This document shows, piece by piece, positions 39,747 to 50,400 of a DNA stretch of 64,000 nucleotides. The stretch lies in assembly GCA_965198065.1 (NCBI GenBank), contig CBDAON010000004.1:192001-256000 (forward strand), read 5' to 3'. Each line of letters opens with the position of its first letter. The first letter of the stretch is position 1. Made by a program: the position numbers and the translations under genes. The notes under the pieces were generated by a model. It had not been told where the DNA came from. It saw nothing but the letters and a program-made list of their open reading frames with translations, and made no database searches. The stretch comes from Longimicrobiales bacterium (GTDB lineage: Bacteria; Gemmatimonadota; Gemmatimonadetes; Longimicrobiales; Gaopeijiaceae).

Positions 39747-42092
39747 TTGCTGCGCACTTCCGGCCTTACAGCGGCCCTCGGCATCATGGTGCTCGTGATT
39801 CAGTTTCCGACACGGCTCATCGCCCAGGACCCGCAAAGCCGCGCCGACCAGGACCAACAGGACACGACTCCGGCCGCCCCGTCAACGCCAGAACCACTGG
39901 TGCCGGCGGCCGACCGAAGCGGCTCACCACTCCCGTCCCTGCTGGCCCATCGCATGGATGGGGGCACCGAGATCACCCTGGACGGGAGAGTCGAGGAGGA
40001 CGCCTGGCAGGGCGCGATACCCATCACGGACTTCACGCAGCAGGAGCCCGTGGAAGGGGCAGGCCCCAGTCAACCCACGGAGATTCGGGTCGTCTACGAC
40101 GAGGACAACCTCTACATCGGGGCGGTCATTTACGACGATCCGGAAGGGATCCTCGCCTATCAGCGTCAGAGGGACGCGGGGCTCGGGACGGATGACCGGT
40201 TCATGTGGATCCTGGACACGTTCCATGACGGGCGGACGGGCTACTTCTTCGAGATCAACGCCGCGGGCCTCATGGGAGACGGCATCCTCGGCGGAGGCGG
40301 GGGTCTGAACAAGTCGTGGGACGGGATCTGGGAAGCGCGGACGGCCCGTCGCCCGGACGGATGGTCGGCCGAGATCCAGATCCCCTTCCGCACTCTCAAT
40401 TTCGATCCTGCCCAGGATACGTGGGGCATCAACTTCCAGCGGACGATCCGACGACGGCAGGAGGAGATTCTCTGGAGGGGCTGGCTCCGGAACCAGGGGC
40501 TGTTCAGCCCCGTGTACGCCGGAGACCTGACCGGCTTGGAGGGACTCTCCCAGGGCGTGGGGTTGGAGGCCGTACCCTCCACCATCGTGAGCTGGAAGAG
40601 GACTCCGGACGACGAGGATCCTTCGACCTTCCCCCGGGACCTCAGCCTCGATATCAACTACAGCATCACGTCGAGCCTCCGGGCTTCGCTCTCGGTAAAC
40701 ACGGACTTCGCCGAGGTGGAAGCGGACCAGCGCCAGGTCAATCTCACCCGATTTCCTCTGTTCTTCCCCGAGCGGAGGGACTTCTTCCTGGAGGGATCGG
40801 GAGTCTTCTCCTTCGCGCCGAGGAGCGGCCCCGATCCATTCTTCTCTCGGCGGATCGGGCTCAGGAACCGCCAGGAGGTGCCCATCGACTTCGGAGCCCG
40901 CATGACCGGCCAGGCGGGCATCTACGAGCTGGGCTTCTATCAGATCCGTACCGGACGGGCCACCCCGGATCCGGCGGAGGAGGGAGGGTCGCCAGTGCGA
41001 GGTCCCGTCGAGGACTTTACCGTGGCCCGTGTGAAGCGCCGGATCCTCGAGCAGTCCAGCATCGGAGCCGTTTACACGCGGCGAGCCACCGGGAAGGACG
41101 AGGAAGGATTCGCTCCACCGGACCGCCACACGGTCGGCGTGGACCTGGAGCTCGCTACACGGAGCTTCCTCGGGCAAAACAACGCCGAGATGGAGGCGTT
41201 CCTCCTGTGGAACTCGGACCCCGAGCGGGGCACGGACCGCTCCTTCAACGACCTTTCCGCCCGGGGTTTCCGGCTGAACTTCCCGAACGATATCTGGTCC
41301 GGCCATCTCTCGTACCGGGAATTCGGCGACCACTACAATCCAGAGGTGGGATTCGTGACCCGCAACGACTTCCGCCGGGTCGAGCCCAACATTGGATGGT
41401 CACCGCGACCGGAGAGCGTCCCCTGGCTACGGCGGCTCAACTTCGAGGTCCAGTTCCGCTACCTGACGGAGCTGGGCACGGAGATTCTGGAGGAGCGAGA
41501 GTGGTCGCTCGGGGTCCTGGGGCTGGATTTCGAGAGCGGCGACAACGTGAATATCGGCGTTACCAACACGTACGAATACCTGGACCGACCCTTCGAGATC
41601 TCGGATGGAATCGACATCGGCGCGGGCGGCTATTCCACGTGGAATTACGGAATCCAGGCAGGCACGACGGGAAGGCGGACGGTTTCCGTCCGCGGCTCCC
41701 TCGACCTCGGGGACTTCTGGAACGGTGAGCGGACACGGGTCCAGGGGCGCGTCACGGTGCGGCCCGGGCCCGGCGTCAGCCTGTCTACGGACGTCGAGCA
41801 CAATGACGTGACGCTCCCTCAGGGAAGTTTCGAGGCGAGCGTTTACGGTGTGGACGCCGAGTGGACCCCCTCGCCCTGGGTCAGCGCCATCGGTGAGCTG
41901 CAGTACGACGACCAGAGCAAGATCGTTGGTCTCTACTCCCGACTCCGATGGATCGTAAGTCCCGGAAACGAGGTGTTCCTCGTGTATACACACAACTGGG
42001 AGAATTACGGGACCGGGCTCCTGGAGGGACGGGATCTCGCGACCCGCTCCCAAGGCGCATCCCTCAAGGCGAACTATACGTATCGCTTCTGA
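39747..42092 (+). CDS. Secreted CBM9-like plus DUF5916-type protein (probable outer-membrane beta-barrel C-terminus)
   Basis: Signal peptide; ITLDGRVEE..W, YDEDNLY, WDGIWE, GWSAEIQIPFRTL, VNTDFAEVEAD..VNLTRFPLFFPERRDFFLEG; ends KANYTYRF. Confidence 0.85.
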   Translation: MLRTSGLTAALGIMVLVIQFPTRLIAQDPQSRADQDQQDTTPAAPSTPEPLVPAADRSGSPLPSLLAHRMDGGTEITLDGRVEEDAWQGAIPITDFTQQEPVEGAGPSQPTEIRVVYDEDNLYIGAVIYDDPEGILAYQRQRDAGLGTDDRFMWILDTFHDGRTGYFFEINAAGLMGDGILGGGGGLNKSWDGIWEARTARRPDGWSAEIQIPFRTLNFDPAQDTWGINFQRTIRRRQEEILWRGWLRNQGLFSPVYAGDLTGLEGLSQGVGLEAVPSTIVSWKRTPDDEDPSTFPRDLSLDINYSITSSLRASLSVNTDFAEVEADQRQVNLTRFPLFFPERRDFFLEGSGVFSFAPRSGPDPFFSRRIGLRNRQEVPIDFGARMTGQAGIYELGFYQIRTGRATPDPAEEGGSPVRGPVEDFTVARVKRRILEQSSIGAVYTRRATGKDEEGFAPPDRHTVGVDLELATRSFLGQNNAEMEAFLLWNSDPERGTDRSFNDLSARGFRLNFPNDIWSGHLSYREFGDHYNPEVGFVTRNDFRRVEPNIGWSPRPESVPWLRRLNFEVQFRYLTELGTEILEEREWSLGVLGLDFESGDNVNIGVTNTYEYLDRPFEISDGIDIGAGGYSTWNYGIQAGTTGRRTVSVRGSLDLGDFWNGERTRVQGRVTVRPGPGVSLSTDVEHNDVTLPQGSFEASVYGVDAEWTPSPWVSAIGELQYDDQSKIVGLYSRLRWIVSPGNEVFLVYTHNWENYGTGLLEGRDLATRSQGASLKANYTYRF

Positions 42093-42274
42093 ACTGCCGG
42101 GGGTGCGTCAAGCATACTACTGCCCTTGTCGGTATTCGCTGACGATTGATGCCCTTACCGCCTTCTCGGGTGAGTCCACCGGGCCGAAAATCGCACTTCC
42201 AAGATTGACCTCTCGGTGGGCTGTCGCTAGTCTCACTCCAGGTGCTTTGAGCCAGCGGGGCCAAGCGTACGGCT

Positions 42275-42419
42275 TTGTACAACAACAACTTAGTGGATTC
42301 TAGGCATCCGGCCGGATGCTGGGTAGGGCACTCCTAGGGCACAATCTTTTGACTACTGTATCCGCCCCCGAATCGAGGGGCGTCCGCGCCGAAAAACGCT
42401 AGGTCGCTGGATGGACACC
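42275..42419 (+). repeat. Long direct repeat, copy B
   Basis: Near-identical to 39388-39534. Confidence 0.92.
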
Positions 42420-42468
42420 GCGCTAAGGGAATCTCTGGAGAGGTAAAGCGCGTCGATGACCGCTTGAG

Positions 42469-42885
42469 TCACCGTACGAAATCAGGCGACCCGACGCTCA
42501 CCCTGAAGTCTACCCCGCGCGTTAGCGTGTTCACCATGATGCAGCCGTTCTCCGCGATTCTCACGAGGCGCTCAAAGAGGTCGCTGTCGGCGCAGTCGCC
42601 GGTTACCTCCAGGGAGACGGAAGTGAATCGTGAGGGGCTATCGGCGAGAGTTCCCGTCACGAGGGTCTCTACGTCCGAAACGTCGGCCTCGCGCGCCCTG
42701 ATCGCTGCGAGCATGGTGCTCATGAAGCAACCTGCGACCGCTGCCAAGAAATACTCGCCGCCCATGGGACCTTCGTCGGCGCCGCCTTTGGCCTCGGGCC
42801 GGTCGACGAGCACTTTGTGCTCTCGAATGGTCGCCTCGCTCGTCGACGGGCCAACCTGACGGACTCGGACCTTCATCTCTGCCAC
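42469..42885 (-). CDS. OsmC family protein
   Basis: DRPEAKGGADEGP..GE.FLAAVAGC and second Cys in AENGCIM.NTL. Confidence 0.85.
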   Translation of the reverse strand: MAEMKVRVRQVGPSTSEATIREHKVLVDRPEAKGGADEGPMGGEYFLAAVAGCFMSTMLAAIRAREADVSDVETLVTGTLADSPSRFTSVSLEVTGDCADSDLFERLVRIAENGCIMVNTLTRGVDFRVSVGSPDFVR

Positions 42886-42988
42886 GGTCCGCTCATTCTC
42901 CGGGCGGCATCAAATCGAGTCGCAACGCGCTCCAGCCGCACGTCCGCTCCCGCCTGACGGAGCCGCTCGGCCATCCAGGTCGTGGAGC

Positions 42989-43028
42989 GCGTCCGCGGCG
43001 GAAAACGCTAGGTGGCCGGATGGACACC
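42989..43028 (+). repeat. Partial repeat copy C, abutting the TPR gene stop
   Basis: gcgtccgcggcggaaaacgctaggtggccggatggacacc matches the right part of copies A and B; similarity to copy A continues into the gene end. Confidence 0.85.
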
Positions 43029-46000
43029 TCACCACGTAACCCCCGCCTCTTCGAGTAACGCCTGGTATCTGGGGTCGTCGCGGAGGAGGTCCGGATGGTT
43101 CGAGCGTGCGTCGGCAACGGCCGCGCGTCCGTATAATCCCGCTCGAACGATCTCTTCGAACAGCGCGAGGGCGCGCTCAGATTGCCCGGTCTCAGTGGAC
43201 ATCCAAAACGAACCCCCGGAGACCGTTGGCGGCTGACCAGTTTGGTGGTAGCGTATCGCCGCTTCATACGCGTCTCTCCCGGCTTGAACGTCAACATTGG
43301 CGATTTCCAGATACCTACCAAATGCTTCCAGCCCCTCCTCGTATTCGCCGACCTCCAACAGCGCCTTAGATAGCTCAAACCAGCCATTTTGCCACTCTGG
43401 GGCCAAGGCTATGGTTTCGTAGTGTTGTTCGATCGCCTCGTCAATACGCCCAGCTACCGACAAGGCCCAACCCAGAACCATAGAATGCGCCTGGGAGACC
43501 GGATCGAGTTCAAAAGCCCGCTCTGCATGAATTACTGCCTCGATCGCGCTTCCAGTGCTGTAAGAGTGACCAGCGTACCATTGGTGCGCTTGGGCATATC
43601 CTGGGTTCAGATCGATCGCCAACTCGAACTCCTGTTCAGCTCTTTCCCATTCGCCAAGGTTCTGCAACCCGTAGGCCAGAGAAGCGCGAGCCATGCCGAG
43701 GGAGGGGTCCAGTTCCACGGCTCTGCGGGCTGCGATGAGTCCCTGGTCAACATTCGGCCGCTCATCTTGGCGGGTATCGGTCAAATCGTATAAGCTCACC
43801 AAGAAATAGGGGTCCGCGAGCCCGGAGTACGCTTCTGCGTACTCCGAATCCAGCTCTATCGCAAGCTCGAACTCGGTGATCGCATCGCGAAGTCTCTGCA
43901 CGGTGCGTTGGCTAAAGAAAAACCGGAGTGAGTCCCATCTTTAGTTGAAATTGAAGCGGCCTCCAACCTCAGGTAACGTGGGTGTGCGACCACACCACGG
44001 GATCACAAGAGAGGAAGGAGGGCCACCGATGGGAAGGATGCCAAGGCTCGTCGAGCGGGGGCAAGAAGGACCGGCGGCTCGGGGAACCGAGGGAGGTGAG
44101 TTGGGAGGAGATCGAGGCGCTGGAGCTGGACCCTCGGGTGGAGCTGATCCGGCAGCTGATTCCGCTGGGACTGGCGGAGGTGGGCCGGATGCTCGAGGAG
44201 GAAGTGGAGCAACTGGCGGGGCAACGTCACGCCAGGAAGACCGAGGACGATCGACATTGCCGGCATGGGCATAACCCAGGGTCGGTGCGGTTGGGCGGCC
44301 AGCGGCATCCGGTGCGAGTACCGCGGGTGCGAGGCCCGGCCGGAGAGTCGAGGCTGGCGGCGTATGAGCAGCTGCATGGCTCGCCCGGCGAGATGGACGA
44401 GGGGCTGTTTCGGAAGGTGCTGCTCGGGATCTCGTGCCGGGACTACGAGGCAGCGGTCGAGGCGGTGCCTGGAGCCATCGGGCTGTCGAAGTCGACGGTC
44501 TCGCGGGAGTTCAAGAAGGCCACGGCCGCGAAGCTGAAGGAGTTTCAGGAGCGGGACCTCTCGGGTTACGACGTGGGGTGGCACTCGTCCTGGACGGCAA
44601 GAGCTTTGCCGAGGACGAGATGGTCGTCGCGCTCGGGGTGACGACCAAGGGGGACAAGGTCTTCCTCGGGTTCGTCCAGACCGACACGGAGAACGCCGTG
44701 GTGATCCGATCCTTCCTTCGGAGTCTGAAGGACCGAGGTCTCGACCTGTCGGCCGGAGCGCTCGTGGTGATCGATGGAGCCCGCGGTCTCCGGAGCGGCG
44801 TCCTGGCGGTCTTCAAGGGACAGGTGCTCATCCAGCGGTGCCAGTGGCACAAGCGGAAGAACGTGATCTCGTATCTGCCGAGAGCGGAGCAGAAGGGCTG
44901 GCGCCAGCGTCTGCAGCGCGCCTACCAGCGGCCCACGTACGAAGAGGCCGTCAAGGACCTCAAGGCCCTGCGCCAGGAGCTCGCGGGGGTGAACCAGTCC
45001 GCGGCGGCCAGTCTCGATGAGGGGTTCGAGGAGACCCTCACCCTCCACCGGTTGGGAGTCTTCCCCCTGGTCGGCCAGTCGCTCAAGACCACCAACGTGC
45101 TCGAGTCCGTGAACGCCCTGGCCGAGCAGAGGTGCGGACGCGTGGACCACTGGAAGAACTCGAGCCAGAAGCACCGATGGCTCGCGACCACGCTCCTGGA
45201 GATCTAGTCACGGCTCCGGAGGTTGCTCGGGTACCGACACCTCCCGCTCCTCAGGGCCGCGATCCAGAAGGACCTCGGGATCACCCTTCCCGAGAGCCGT
45301 TCACATGCTGTCGCCTGAGACGGAGGCCGCTCCAGTTTCAACTAACTTTGGGATTGACTCAAAAAACGGCCTCGCTGATACGCCTGGAACGCCTCAGGAA
45401 CGGTGGTCCCCTGTGCCACGAGCGGCGTCTCTGCCCCTCCGGCCAGCGCGACCTGAAGTTCGTCCGTAACTGCGCGGGCTAATGCGTCCTGAATCGCGAA
45501 GATGTTCGAAGCTGGGCCGTCGATTGCCTCCGACCACAGAACAGCCCCAGTTGCAGCCTCTACAAGCCGAGGCCGGACACGAACCGTCTCACCCACCTGC
45601 TGAAGGTCGCATTCCAGCACTGTCGCAACATCCAACGTCTCCGCGATTTCCTCGATGTCGGCGTTCAACTCAAGCGCGATGACTGAGGTAATGCCAATGA
45701 CCTTGAGGCCGGGCAGCTGCGTCAGGCCACCAATGATCCCTTCGGCGAAACCTTGAGTGAGAGGGGTCTGATCTCCTGGCGCGCTCGCATCGGTGCATGG
45801 CATCACCGCGACCGACGGCTCAATGGACGCGGGAGCCTCAGCGGTCGTGGATCCCGTTCCATCGCCGAACATGACCCAGCCCACCCCTACGCCGATCAAC
45901 ACGAAGAAAGCCCCGACTCCCCCCAGGGTGGCTTTCTTCCACGTAAAGAGACGGGACGGGACCGTGGACTCCACTTGATCCCCCGTTTCCTGTGCCGGGG

Positions 46001-46265
46001 CTGTGCTCTTGGCGCGTTGGGCCTCGTGTCCCGGACCGCCTTCCTGCACGAACGCGGTCGCGAGCACGATCGGGAGCCCAACGATTAGCAGACCCAGCGC
46101 AAGCGTAGGGAACCACTCCGGTAGTGCCGTGGTGTCAGTTAGCTCCCCTGCCACCTGCAGCACGACCCAACTAGCCACAGCATAGATCCCCAGCACCTGC
46201 CAGAGACTACGGCGGTGGATCTCGCCGATGAAACGCTTGAGAGGATTGTCGGAGGGGTCAGCCAT
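43029..46265 (-). pseudogene. Membrane-anchored TolB-N-like/TPR protein gene split by IS256-family copy 1
   Basis: 5' part 46265-45361 (EIHRRSLWQV, TM helices, SVAVMP) rejoins in frame with 3' part 43917-43029 (TPRs, ends LEEAGVTW) as AYQRGRFFFSQRT; 597 aa when reconstructed. Confidence 0.9.
43926..45360 (+). mobile_element. IS256-family insertion sequence, copy 1 (inactivated transposase)
   Basis: About 38-bp imperfect terminal inverted repeats (gagtgagtcccatctttagttgaaa... / ...tttcaactaactttgggattgactc); 8-bp target duplication aaaaaccg/aaaaaacg; motifs LDG, VIDG..GL, QRCQWHK, KTTN.LES.N. Confidence 0.93.
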
Positions 46266-46321
46266 ACGTCCCGCCGGTTAACGGCCTTTGAGGGCTCTGC
46301 TCAGTCGGGTGGTAGGGTCGG

Positions 46322-47912
46322 TCACTGATCCGGCACCACCTGCCTCAACTCCTCGAAGAAGTTCTGGACCAGGATAAGGCGCTGTGGCTCGGCAGCGCCC
46401 TCCTCGGCGCAACCTCCGAAGGGACGCACCATTAAGAACCGCTCGCCGTCTGAGCTGACATCGTAGAAATAGTTGCTCGGGCCGACCGGGTATCCAATTG
46501 GGATGGTGAACAGCATCTCTGGGGTCCGGGCCTGACCCGATGCAGGATCGAACCGGGCGGACAGCAGCCTACGCTCATCATCCACGAAGAACAACTCGTC
46601 GCCACTCTTCGCCCAAAGCGGCTCGAATCCCCCGTCGGTCGAGACACGCACTCTGGTCGAGTCCACGTTGGGAAACGGACGAATGAACACTTCGTCACGA
46701 CCTGTCTCGTTCGAGCTATACGCGAGCCAGCGACCGTCTGGAGACAGGGCCGGTCCCTGCTCCGCAAACTCGGCTGAGGCGACCAGGGATACTGCGGAGC
46801 TGTCCACCCCGGGACAGAAGCCGAGAATGTCTCGCAGGCCCAGACCCTCCGATGCTGTCGCGGCGCTGCGGAACACCAACCACTCGCCATCAGAACTCCA
46901 CGATCCCTGGGTGACGCCACGTTCGTCATCGAGTATGAGCACCGCGTCTCCAGTCCCGTCCGCACGCCTGGACCAAATGTTCGACGCCGAGAAGTACGTT
47001 ACGCTTTGCCCATCGGGCATCCAGAATGGCCTGACGTCCGGGTCCTCCGAGAAGGTGATTCTCTCTTCCGGGCCATCGGGCAACTGCTTGATACGAACAT
47101 CAATGTTCCCATCGACTATGCTATTGAAGACGATCTTCGTTTCATCCGGGGACAGCCTCCATCCGTAGTTGCCTACTGTAGGGGCAAACGCGTACCCCGG
47201 ATCGACGGGCGTAGCCTGGCCGGAGCGAGTGACCCATACGAACTCGTTCAATGACGCTGAGGCGGACCCTTCCACGTAGAGGAGCGTCCCGTCGGAACCA
47301 AGGACCATGTCTGCCATACCTGAGTTGCCGAGATTTGCCGTTCTAACACCCTCGAGGAGTGGGACTGAGGAGCCCGCAAGCTGCAACGCAGTGATGTCGA
47401 AAGGTTGGGCCAAGACAGCGCCGTCGGCGCGGACGTAGACGATGTGTCCGGTGGGGACGTACCAAGCTCGTGCGACTCCTGAGAAGAGGACTTCTGATGA
47501 TAGATCCTCCAGATCCACGATGTGGAGCTGGTTGGTATCAAGCGTACAGCCCACTCCTGGGCAAGCGACAACAAGTGCCCCTCGTGCGCCTGGGAGACCG
47601 TGAACCCAAGTGATCGACACCTCTTGCTCGCTAGCCCCAAAGACCACGTTGAGCGGCGCTCCTCCGTCTTCTGAGATCCGCGCAATCCGACGGGTGGACA
47701 CACCCTCCCCAGTACCAAACTGCTCATAGAGAATCGTACCGTCGTCGAGCCAAGAGAGACCTACGAGGCCAGCCGTGCTCGGTGCGTCCTCCGCGATCCT
47801 GATGGGAGAGCCCCCAACGAGTGGACGCTTGAAGAGTTCTGTTCCGATCGAATAGGCGATCCAGTCACCGTCGGGCGAGTACACGACGTCCCTGGCCCCC
47901 TCCGTTCCCTGG
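46322..47912 (-). pseudogene. 5'-truncated PD40/TolB-like beta-propeller gene (probable C-terminal part of a Ser/Thr kinase-propeller protein)
   Basis: Repeated SPDG.W/R motifs, LSPDGRWLAYSSNETGRDEV, YDVSSDGERFLMV, ends VQNFFEELR; start replaced by the IS end. Confidence 0.85.
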
Positions 47913-49346
47913 GAGTCAATCCCAAAGTTAGTTGAAACTGGAGCGGCCTCCGTCTCAGGCGACAGCATGTGAACGGCTCTCGGGAAGGGTGATCCCGAGG
48001 TCCTTCTGGATCGCGGCCCTGAGGAGCGGGAGGTGTCGGTACCCGAGCAACCTCCGGAGCCGTGACTAGATCTCCAGGAGCGTGGTCGCGAGCCATCGGT
48101 GCTTCTGGCTCGAGTTCTTCCAGTGGTCCACGCGTCCGCACCTCTGCTCGGCCAGGGCGTTCACGGACTCGAGCACGTTGGTGGTCTTGAGCGACTGGCC
48201 GACCAGGGGGAAGACTCCCAACCGGTGGAGGGTGAGGGTCTCCTCGAACCCCTCATCGAGACTGGCCGCCGCGGACTGGTTCACCCCCGCGAGCTCCTGG
48301 CGCAGGGCCTTGAGGTCCTTGACGGCCTCTTCGTACGTGGGCCGCTGGTAGGCGCGCTGCAGACGCTGGCGCCAGCCCTTCTGCTCCGCTCTCGGCAGAT
48401 ACGAGATCACGTTCTCCCGCTTGTGCCACTGGCACCGCTGGATGAGCACCTGTCCCTTGAAGACCGCCAGGACGCCGCTCCGGAGACCGCGGGCTCCATC
48501 GATCACCACGAGCGCTCCGGCCGACAGGTCGAGACCTCGGTCCTTCAGACTCCGAAGGAAGGATCGGATCACCACGGCGTTCTCCGTGTCGGTCTGGACG
48601 AACCCGAGGAAGACCTTGTCCCCCTTGGTCGTCACCCCGAGCGCGACGACCATCTCGTCCTCGGCAAAGCTCTTGCCGTCCAGGACGAGTGCCACCCCAC
48701 GTCGTAACCCGAGAGGTCCCGCTCCTGAAACTCCTTCAGCTTCGCGGCCGTGGCCTTCTTGAACTCCCGCGAGACCGTCGACTTCGACAGCCCGATGGCT
48801 CCAGGCACCGCCTCGACCGCTGCCTCGTAGTCCCGGCACGAGATCCCGAGCAGCACCTTCCGAAACAGCCCCTCGTCCATCTCGCCGGGCGAGCCATGCA
48901 GCTGCTCATACGCCGCCAGCCTCGACTCTCCGGCCGGGCCTCGCACCCGCGGTACTCGCACCGGATGCCGCTGGCCGCCCAACCGCACCGACCCTGGGTT
49001 ATGCCCATGCCGGCAATGTCGATCGTCCTCGGTCTTCCTGGCGTGACGTTGCCCCGCCAGTTGCTCCACTTCCTCCTCGAGCATCCGGCCCACCTCCGCC
49101 AGTCCCAGCGGAATCAGCTGCCGGATCAGCTCCACCCGAGGGTCCAGCTCCAGCGCCTCGATCTCCTCCCAACTCACCTCCCTCGGTTCCCCGAGCCGCC
49201 GGTCCTTCTTGCCCCCGCTCGACGAGCCTTGGCATCCTTCCCATCGGTGGCCTCCTTCCTCTCTTGTGATCCCGTGGTGTGGTCGCACACCCACGTTACC
49301 TGAGGTTGGAGGCCGCTTCAATTTCAACTAAAGATGGGACTCACTC
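47913..49346 (-). mobile_element. IS256-family insertion sequence, copy 2 (inverted, no target duplication)
   Basis: Reverse complement of copy 1, with a 1-bp indel and one substitution noticed; flanks ttccctgg / tggttggg do not match. Confidence 0.93.
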
Positions 49347-49842
49347 TGGTTGGGGCCTCGTCAAAGCGTTCGCTCCGCCTTTCGGCCTGCCGGTAGTAGT
49401 TCACGAGGTCCCTCCGAAGCTCAACATCTTCGATAAGGGTCAACCGGCCTGAACTGACCAGCTCGTCAAACGTCGCCTACGTGAGAGGCACATTCCGCAT
49501 CAAGGCCGCGAACGCGACCGCATTCAGGACCGCCATCGTATCGATGGACTGTCCTCTAGGAGCGTCGAGAAACGCGAGAACCTTGTGCGCCGCATCCATC
49601 ATCTCGCGACTCTCGGACAGGATCGTTCGGAGGGCCCGCCCGTTCGCTTCAAAGTCCTGAGCTAGGCGCTCGAGATAAAGTGCCTCAAGGCGCTGTTCTT
49701 CATTGCCTTGTCGCCAGCCCTCGGCCCAAAGGGCGGCTGATACGCCGAGCATGATCACCAGCAACTCTCCAGCCAAACGGAGTCCGAGTGAGGCCCACGC
49801 CCTGGTTCGCCCCGGCATGGACTTAGCGCCCCCGTCCGACAT
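49347..49842 (-). pseudogene. Integron cassette 2 gene: N-terminal TM, helical protein (DUF6090-like), in-frame TAG and IS truncation
   Basis: GELLVIMLGVSAALW..W; the frame continues past TAG (49479-49477) as ATFDELVSSGRLTLIEDVELRRDLVNYY until the IS end. Confidence 0.7.
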
Positions 49843-49898
49843 GCCTGTCCCCCTTCGCCTCGTTGCTCAGCCTTCGATCCGAACGATCATGAGATGCC

Positions 49899-49960
49899 GT
49901 CTAACGTCTCGCCGCTCAGCTGCCGCGCACAGCGCGGGCAGCTGCAGCGGCTTGTTAGCT
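49899..49960 (-). other. Integron attC recombination site (62 bp)
   Basis: Minus strand AGCTAAC-aagccgctgcagctgcccgcgc-tgt-gcgcggcagctgagcggcgagac-GTTAGAC; imperfect palindrome with unpaired bases on the R''-side arm; upstream gene stop TAA lies within R''. Confidence 0.92.
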
Positions 49961-50296
49961 GTCGTCGCCCCGCGAGTCGTCTAGCGCGACGTCGTATAGC
50001 GGTTGGACGTCCACTCGATCCCCGAGGCACTCGCCCATGACCTCTTTGTGCTCCTCATCGATCGCGTGCGTCGACCGAGCGAATGCCTCTCTCCCGCGGT
50101 CGAAGTCGGCCGCCTCCATCGCGTACACGAGGATGGGCCCGTCGACCGTCTGGAGAACGAACGCTTGCTCGTGGCTAATCGTCTCCTCAACGAACGTTGC
50201 CCGGACTTCGTCGGCCCGCGTCGAAAGTTCAGCTAGCCATGCTCGCAACCGGGCCTCTTTGCTCGGCTTTATTCGTCGCAAACTCACGCGCAGCAT
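49955..50296 (-). CDS. Integron cassette 1 gene, 113 aa hypothetical protein (DUF6176-like)
   Basis: ATG with ggag RBS, 43 bp after the G of the core site GTTAGCT; stop inside attC. Confidence 0.8.
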   Translation of the reverse strand: MLRVSLRRIKPSKEARLRAWLAELSTRADEVRATFVEETISHEQAFVLQTVDGPILVYAMEAADFDRGREAFARSTHAIDEEHKEVMGECLGDRVDVQPLYDVALDDSRGDDS

Positions 50297-50332
50297 GTGC
50301 TTGCTCTCCCTGTTCCGCGCCAGCTTTCGTAC

Positions 50333-50400
50333 AGCTAACAAGAAATCGACTGAACTGCGTAATAGGGGCAACGCTGCAGATGCCCGCAACGTTTTGACCG
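50333..50400 (-). other. Putative attI site
   Basis: Minus strand ttacgcagttcagtcgatttctt-GTTAGCTGT; core is complementary over 9 nt to ACAGCTAAC at the cassette attC; no hairpin upstream; lies 3' of intI. Confidence 0.65.

Noticed and set aside
39447..39857. Minus-strand 136-aa ORF sharing RRGLRGEVSI with ORF 42893-43387
   Set aside because: The similarity comes from the DNA repeat read off-frame; no protein-like features.
43926..49346. Composite transposon formed by the two IS256 copies
   Set aside because: Copy 1 has its own target duplication inside a single gene, and the outer flanks of the pair do not match.
45205..49479. TAG recoding (pyrrolysine or alternative code) suggested by in-frame TAGs in the transposases and cassette 2
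   Set aside because: TAG terminates core genes here (dcd, plsX, lipB), the transposases also carry frameshifts and cassette 2 is truncated, and no pyl genes are present.
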